Positions 56,826-64,000 of a DNA stretch of 64,000 nucleotides are shown piece by piece; positions within the stretch are counted from its first letter, which is position 1; each line of letters begins with the position of its first letter. Under the pieces are notes generated by a model that was not told the origin of the DNA, ran no database searches, and saw nothing but the letters and a program-made list of their open reading frames with translations. Both the position numbers and the translations under genes were made by a program. Location: positions 147,188,001 to 147,252,000 of the forward strand of contig OX597814.1 in the NCBI GenBank assembly GCA_951406725.2, read 5' to 3'. This DNA comes from Octopus vulgaris. Lineage: Eukaryota.

Positions 56826-57478
56826 CAGACATACATACACATATACATACACACGTTCACAAAGACATATACGCGCATAGATACATTTATAAACTCTATA
56901 AGTAAATACTCGTATTATACACGCATATATATAATTGTCTGTATATACATAATTATGTGTGTTTATATGTATGTTTTCATATTCATGAGAGGAGTGCAAA
57001 AAGAAAGAGAAATGTATATGGAGGTACTAAACTCTTCGGTCCTCACTTGAAAATCTGTAATCACTCTTTACGAATATTAGTATACTATTTGAAACTAGAA
57101 AGAAATACTATTATTCATGTCTGAGATTTTTTTCTTCTATTTATCGTGTATGATATTACACCTGCTACTTTTTCAAAAATGTAATATAATAACATTATGT
57201 TCTTTCTGAGATTTTTCAGAGGAATTTTCACAAAAATTTATGGTATGAAGTAACAGATTTTTTTTTTTTTTGCATGTGATATTAGAGCAAAACAGTGCTA
57301 TGGCATGCTTGATATGAATATGTGTTTATTCAATATGTTGGGTTGTGAATGTTATTAAAACACTATTTCAGATAACTATCAGGCTGATGTATCGTTCGGA
57401 GGCCAAATTGAACAGACATAGCTATAGTGAGAGAGAGAGGAGAGAGAGAAAGAGACTGAAAGAGACAGATAGAAACAA

Positions 57479-57630
57479 GGCGGCGAGCTGGCAGAATCAT
57501 TAGCATGCCGGGTGAAATGCTTAGGGGTATTTCGTCTGCCACTACGTTCTGAGTTCAAATTCCGCCGAGATCGGTTTTGCCTTTCATCCTTTCGGGGTCA
57601 ATTAAATAAGTACCAGTTACGCACTGGTGG
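57479..57630 (+). mobile_element. tRNA-derived SINE, family A (3' truncated)
   Basis: Aligns to the 47109 copy over ~150 bp. Confidence 0.85.
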
Positions 57631-57788
57631 TCACAATCCTACAAGTAATAAAATATACATGAATACATAGAGACCCACAGAAAACATGCCAATAAACCCG
57701 AAATCACACTCATATTTGTGTGAATGTATTTATATATGTATGTTTGCATACACACACACATATGTGTGTCTGTCTGTATGCTTATATA

Positions 57789-58019
57789 CATGGCTGGCCA
57801 AGTCACCCGACTGTAAATCAACATTTCACAAATACTATCTGTAATCCAGTATTGACTCGAATGAGAAAATGTGTCGCTCCAGAAGGACATCAGTTTGAAC
57901 AATTTTCATGGCGTTTCATATTTAGATGATTTTATTAAATTCATTCAGTTGTTAAACAGAAATAAATCTTAGAATTAAATGGTTTTGATTTACTGTCAGG
58001 TAACTTTTGGCCAACACTA
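57789..58019 (+). mobile_element. Tc1/mariner-derived MITE retaining a transposase C-terminus
   Basis: TIR CATGGCTGGCCAAGTCACCCGACTGTAAATCAA vs reverse complement of right end TAGTGTTGGCCAAAAGTTACCTGACAGTAAATCAA; preceded by TA; internal ICNPVLTRMRKCVAPEGHQFEQF. Confidence 0.8.
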
Positions 58020-59542
58020 AGCGTGTATGTGTGTGTGCGCGCGCGTATGTGTCTGTATGTGTGTTTGTATATATACATACGAGAATATGTATGTTACGTG
58101 CACGTTTGTAGGTATGTATGCGATCTTCATTGTGTTAGTAACTGCTTCAAAAAGAACTAAGTCTTGACATGTGGATAAGTGCGAATCCACACAATGCAAG
58201 TTTCCCCGCACAACAGCTCACCGGATACAATTAGTAATCAGAATAATGTGCGTGATCTCTAAACACTTTAAGACAGTAGGGGATTATCTGACATTGGTAC
58301 GACTGCTAATTTTTGCAAGTCAACTAATTACATGAACTAACCTTACAGTGCATGTCAGAGTGTTCCTCTTAGTTTTTCAACAACCGGATATATATGTGGA
58401 GCAATGCGTTTGTGAATAGCTTCTGTTGGTTCGATAAAGGACATGCGCACGATTAATATTTTATGCGATCATGGATTACCTTGGCTTCTACAACAAACAT
58501 TTCGACTCATATTACTTACGGATAACGGGGTAAAAAATAAAATCTGACCAGAATTTATAAGGCATATTCTGATATAAGGTTTATCCAGAGGAGAGATGAA
58601 ACAAATGATTGCGTTGTTGGAAATGGGCCCACAGTGGTACACTCATTTGGAAAACTCGTCATGCAGATACGAAATAGAATCCATAATTTCAAGTGTTGGG
58701 TTGCAGTTAAGAGCAGCAAATCTAATGATTCGTACACTTTACTTACTTTTCAGAGTTGAAAATATACAGGTGTGCAATTGTCTTAGGCACAGACTCTTAA
58801 ATATAGCTAAATAAATATGAGGACTTACTGAAATGACACCAGCGGTACGTTATTTGAACATTTGAACCGAGTTCATCAATAAAAGTGCAGGCATGGAACT
58901 TAATGCTTTACAAGTAACATATCCTGCTATGTTTACATAGATATATATTTGCGTGTTTACTTGATTCTGGTGAAAGATATTTTCATAAAAATATTACAAA
59001 TGTCACTGAACAGAGACCAAAAGCAAAACACCATCTTATATGCAATCGGAAAAAAGGGAAATATGAAACATAAATCAAAAGAAGGAATGGGGTAGCTAGA
59101 AAATCATTCAAAAAAATATCACTCATGCAAATATGAAGAAAATTTGATAACATTTTCATATAAAAATTGATCCTGCACAATATGAATCGGAAACGTGGAT
59201 ATTAACAAAAGTCAAATTGATTACACCCCTAAGTAGCGGACATAGTATAGAACCAAGAATATCAAAGAGTGATCACAAAACCAATAATATAAATAATAAA
59301 TGTTGCAAATATTTATTATATGGTTATATGTGCATAAATACAAAATCATAAACACTTTGGACACTTCAGTACTAATATGCGTGCAGGTATATGAGTATGT
59401 TTATATGTTTCTCTTTGGCAGAGCATGTATGTGGTAATATAAAGGACATTTCATGATTTAAATATTTCAAACGTGAATACATAATGTCTAGTTTACTATT
59501 CTATCTGTATTGAATTAAGTGCATATATTTCCATTAACATAT

Positions 59543-60750
59543 AAGGGCTGCATCTTAAGTTATGGCATATCTTTTTTTAATAATTGGTGTAAGTTGTTCG
59601 AATTATCGGTGTTTTTATTCTTCATGATCTTCAATGCACACACATAATGATATCCAAAGGGAAATAACACTCTGAAAAATGAGGAGCATGTTGTTAGGTA
59701 TTGACAGAGGGATAGAGGTTATTGACGGATGTGATATTAGTAAAAAGAATGTGAACGAAAAGAGATACAGAATTTGAAACAAGAAGAAACTATCAGGGAA
59801 GACAAACAACACATTGCAAGACTCCCAGCCCCGACAAGTGACATTCAATCGGCAGCCAGTTGACGAACTGATTCGCGTTAACAGGGAACTCACATTCTAT
59901 GAGATTGATATAGAAGTAAGCTATGGTAAAAATGCATTAATGAAGATGATAGAAGATATTATATACCGAAAAGATTTTGGAAAGTGAGTACTTTGGCCTT
60001 TGACACTGATTTGAAGAAGACAATTTGAGTCTTCAGAAGCTGCTCATTTTTACCGGAATTGTTTGAAACCAGTGAATCCACGTTCCGTTTTTTATCGATC
60101 AGGAGAAAAACGGGAACGAACTCTTCTTTTATGATTAAAGCCGAAAGCTCACTGGGTGGAATGCTTTCACACTTCTTCAAAACTAAAAATTATCCAAAGC
60201 CAGCTAACATTAATAAACTCATTGTTCTTGATTCACATATATATATTTTTGGAAACAAAGAAATTATTCTCCTTCATTTTAAGGAAAGTGGTTGCAATGT
60301 GAATAGCAATTGTTACATTGAAGCATTTAGAAAAACTTAAAGATGCCTTTAGGTGTTAGATATGGCAATTCGTTTTTACACACATCTTTGGCAACAAATC
60401 AGGTAGTCAGCAAATTCGAATGATACGTGGTATTCCATCCACCGTACTAGCCATATCTATGTCTCTCCGACTTCCAGCTGTTTGGTCCAATGAAAGAGAG
60501 TCTTCATGGTGAAAGACTGGATGAAAGAGACGAGAGTATAGCAGCTGTGAAGAATTGTGTACTGCAGTGCAGACGTGAATTTTGACAAAAACGATTCGAG
60601 ATGTTTTGATTTTCATGAGAAATATGGGAAGAAGTACCTATGTGCAGACGTATAGATGAAATATCACTTTCTGAAAATTTGCAACTTGAACGACCTACGT
60701 CAGTTCATAAAAGCATAATGTCCACTTTTGTATAACTTTTAGGACACCAC
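59543..60750 (+). mobile_element. Decayed near-full-length mariner element
   Basis: VDELIRVNRELTFYEIDIEVSYGKNALMKMIEDIIYRKDFGK*VL (second HTH and WVP region). FHPPY..LSDFQLFGPMKESLHGER (YSPDLAPSDFHLFGPLK). Ends approximate. Confidence 0.78.
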
Positions 60751-61020
60751 GGGAAGAATATTATCAGGTACTGAAATGTTACCACAAAGCGTTTTATATC
60801 TTAGCGGCCAGTAAATGATATACACAGAGAAACGGTACGAATAAATTCCTCATAGGTATAGAAACTCGTTAAATTCATCAGCATTGGAGGTAGAAATGCT
60901 TTGAGTTTTCACTTTTTAAAATTTTCTCAGTGCTATTATATTGTATATTTATTTAGGATACTATTCAGAAGCATCATCGTGTACTGCACTATAAATGAAT
61001 TAATTAACTCTGTTATCAGC

Positions 61021-61054
<34 letters not shown>

Positions 61055-61057
61055 ATG

Positions 61058-61156
<99 letters not shown>

Positions 61157-61899
61157 ATTTTGAAGATTTGGTTGTTACACTTAAGGCATAGAGTTGATGG
61201 TTTGTTAGGTCACTCTGATAGAAAAGTAAAACCCCTGCATATATCAAATTTACTATAGGAATTTAAACTAACACAAAACAAATACAATAACTATAATTTC
61301 CTTTCCTATTTCAACATGAATTTAATTAAAATTGTAAGCAGACATCTGTCTAATTTGAAAAATTGATAATTAATAATTCATTAAGCAGATGCATCTATAT
61401 GCAAGTATATTGTTCGACACGTGCATACACTTATTACTGAACCATATCTGTATTTCATTGTTGGCATATGTATGAATATATGTGTGTATATGTGCTTGGG
61501 TTCTACTATAGGTGTTATACACTTGTGTATATATTCAAGATAACTAGTAAATGGTTTAAGAGATAAAGATTTTACCGCAAGATATATATCTTTCCCAAAG
61601 AAACAAAGGATATACGAGTTGTTCAATGTTTCAGTATATGTTCACATATTTCATTTCTGATCTGCACATGTTTTCGCAACATTTCCATATGAGTAAGTGT
61701 GCTTTGGCTAAAACTATTGTATCGTGGTTGGGCCACGCTGTATATTAGAAATATATACTCCATTATGTTGAGGTTTACTGTATTTTATAGTAATGTATTA
61801 TAAAGCAAGTACAAATCTTTCGTACTTCTATGTCGTCGACACCGATTACTCTTACACTGCCTGTCAATCATTATATATAATTTAGTTTGTCTTTGAAAC

Positions 61900-62335
61900 A
61901 CTGACCATGACAGAAAAAGTTGTCATGGTGATAACTACACAGAGGCCTGCACAATGTTGCAGAGAGTGTAAGGCGTGGTGTGTATGAGCTGCACACAAGT
62001 GTACGCATGCTTTGGGTGTTTCCAAGATGGCCGAAAAACTGTTGAGATTGATGGACGTTATGGAAGACACACAATCAGTAGAACTGACAAAATCGTTGCA
62101 GATGAGCTCACAGCTGTGAGGGGAAAATCGTTGAATCACTATCTATGAGTTATCAGAAGATGTGTAGATTAGTTACGGTTCAATTCAGTCCATTATCACA
62201 GAAGATTTGGGTATGTGACGTGTGTCTGCCAAGCTTATGCCAAAACTGCTTTCAACTGCCCAAGAAGACACTCCGGTTTCAGTTGCACAAACATCTCCTT
62301 GATTGTGTCGAGAACACTGAAAAAATTTTGAAAAT
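61900..62335 (+). mobile_element. mariner transposase N-terminal fragment
   Basis: TEACTMLQRV*GVVCMSCTQVYACFGCFQDGRKTVEIDGRYGRHTISRTDK..ITIYELSEDV*ISYGSIQSIITEDLGM*RVSAKLMPKLLS (two HTHs and a WVPKLL-like motif). Confidence 0.82.
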
Positions 62336-63535
62336 TTTGCGTAGGCCTCTGAGCAGATATCGCCAACATTTTAACACACTTCTCTGGCGTATTCAATTGG
62401 ACGATCACACGCTAGACACCTTCCTTCCAAGAACTGCTGTAAACGGCGAAATTGAGCTAGAACGTTAAAACGTTGTGCTTATGTACAAAGCTAAGTTACT
62501 CTGCATGCTTTAGTTTCATTACTATGGCAGCGGTGCATATACTTATTGATCAGAGCTTCCTCCCTGCCTGCATGTCTTCCTCTCTACCTGTATCTCTCCT
62601 TCTTATTTTTCACCCTTTCTGGTTTCTTCTCCTCTCTCCTCCCTCTGTCACTCCTCCTCCTCTCTCGTCGCTGACCAGAGGGCTACTAACTTTCTTTCTG
62701 CCTAATACCTTCAACCAGGCAACACCGGCTTTTCCTGTCTTCGCTAGCCGGTCTTCAGAATGCGTTCTAATGAATTTTTCCCACCGTCTAGGCTTAAAAA
62801 AGCCCTTATTGTTGGTTTCTAAGTTTAGGATGGTTGCATCACTTGACCTAAGAGTGCATTACGATGTAATCACTACCACCAAATTTTAACAATGATATTA
62901 AAACTTTCTAATTAAATCATATGACCACCAATTGTGAAATTCTTTTGTCGATTGCATCGATTCCTCTAATGGACTGTTACTTTTTATTGACCTGAAAGGT
63001 TAAAAACAATTTGAACACAGAGCGTAAAGGGCAACAGCAAATACATGAAGATATTTTCCAACACACAATAAAATTTACCGAATTAGAACTAAATAGAACT
63101 CTAGATAAATACGAAAATTTTTTCATTCCTTTCAGTCTCACAGACTAGTTTTCTATTTTGTTTTTGTTTTAATCGTCGACTTCTGTTTGTTGGGTTATTA
63201 TTTTCAAAACGTCTACATATTTCTCTTTCTGGTGTCTGTAATCTATTCTGATAAATCTGGCTATAGTTGAAAATTATGCGTTGGTGGGAAATCTAAGGAC
63301 TGAAGACCTTTTAAAATGATTACTTGCCTGCATAAGGCTTTGTATACATTATTGTTACGCCACTTGATAGAACTTTTTTCATTCAAAATCAAGTGTTTCC
63401 TCCCGATCCAACATTAAGTTATTTATCATTTTAAGTTTCGTCATATGTTATACCTGGAAGGGAATGAATCAGTTGGACTTATAACAATATTTTTCGGCAA
63501 CAGAACATACGTATGCTTTCATATGTAAATTTTCA

Positions 63536-63579
63536 TATACATGGGGTTGTATATGCCTTCATATACAACCCTATGTATA
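63536..63579. repeat. 20-bp hairpin with 4-nt loop
   Basis: TATACATGGGGTTGTATATG-CCTT-CATATACAACCCTATGTATA, 19 Watson-Crick pairs plus one G-U. Confidence 0.92.
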
Positions 63580-64000
63580 AAATATGCATAACTGTGGAAT
63601 GTATATGCTAATACAGTGCACATGCTTGTTTTAATTAGTTAATAGTACGTTGATTTTAATACAAGAGAAACTTTCGATTTTTTCAAAATTTCCATTTCTC
63701 TAGTCGCTTATTCCATGTTAGAAAATACTCGAATACCAGTATAGGTATTTATTAACTTCTTTATCTCTATTTAAATTATACTTTTATTTGGTGGGTTTCG
63801 TTACCGTTCAATTAAGATAGCAATTGCAGTTCTGTGAGATTTCAGTGGTCTAGTATATAATTTCGTTACTGTTTCTCAAGCTGTCTCTTAATACACATTA
63901 ATTCAGGCTCGACTTACTTTTGATATCCAGCTAGAAATCAGATATTGCATTGTGTATTATTAATATCTTTACTGAGTTTTTTTTTCATTTCTTGCCTCTC

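Noticed and set aside
62690-62800. Minus-strand CTGAAGA followed by a CCGGCT/AGCCGG stem; possible RTE 3' coding remnant
   Set aside because: No GAAA after the stem, and the protein similarity is too weak to call.

Overview
AT-rich eukaryotic intergenic or intronic DNA, dense with microsatellites and decayed mobile elements. The repeat repertoire (tRNA-derived SINEs, (AT)n/(GATA)n/(TATG)n tracts, Penelope-like and mariner remnants) looks like an octopus/cephalopod genome; this is inferred from repeat style, not from a search. No intact host protein-coding gene is supported, and nearly all ORFs in the track are microsatellite artefacts. Recognisable elements: a full-length decayed pogo-type DD35D transposon (5016-6892, TIRs and TA TSD) nested in a Penelope-like retroelement (PLE) that also carries a SINE with its TSD; a second PLE remnant; CR1-type and R4/Dong-type LINE fragments; three mariner remnants; two MITEs; a non-autonomous Helitron; and many SINE copies. 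The most interesting signal is a set of type I hammerhead ribozyme (HHR) motifs in short elements between microsatellites. Two have a fully canonical core, a long structured stem II and a palindromic stem III (55469-55575 +, 39732-39817 -), and several more are variant or degenerate. A ~455-bp rod-like foldback (14618-15073) carries one degenerate hammerhead on each strand. All alignments and folds were done by eye, and many boundaries are approximate.
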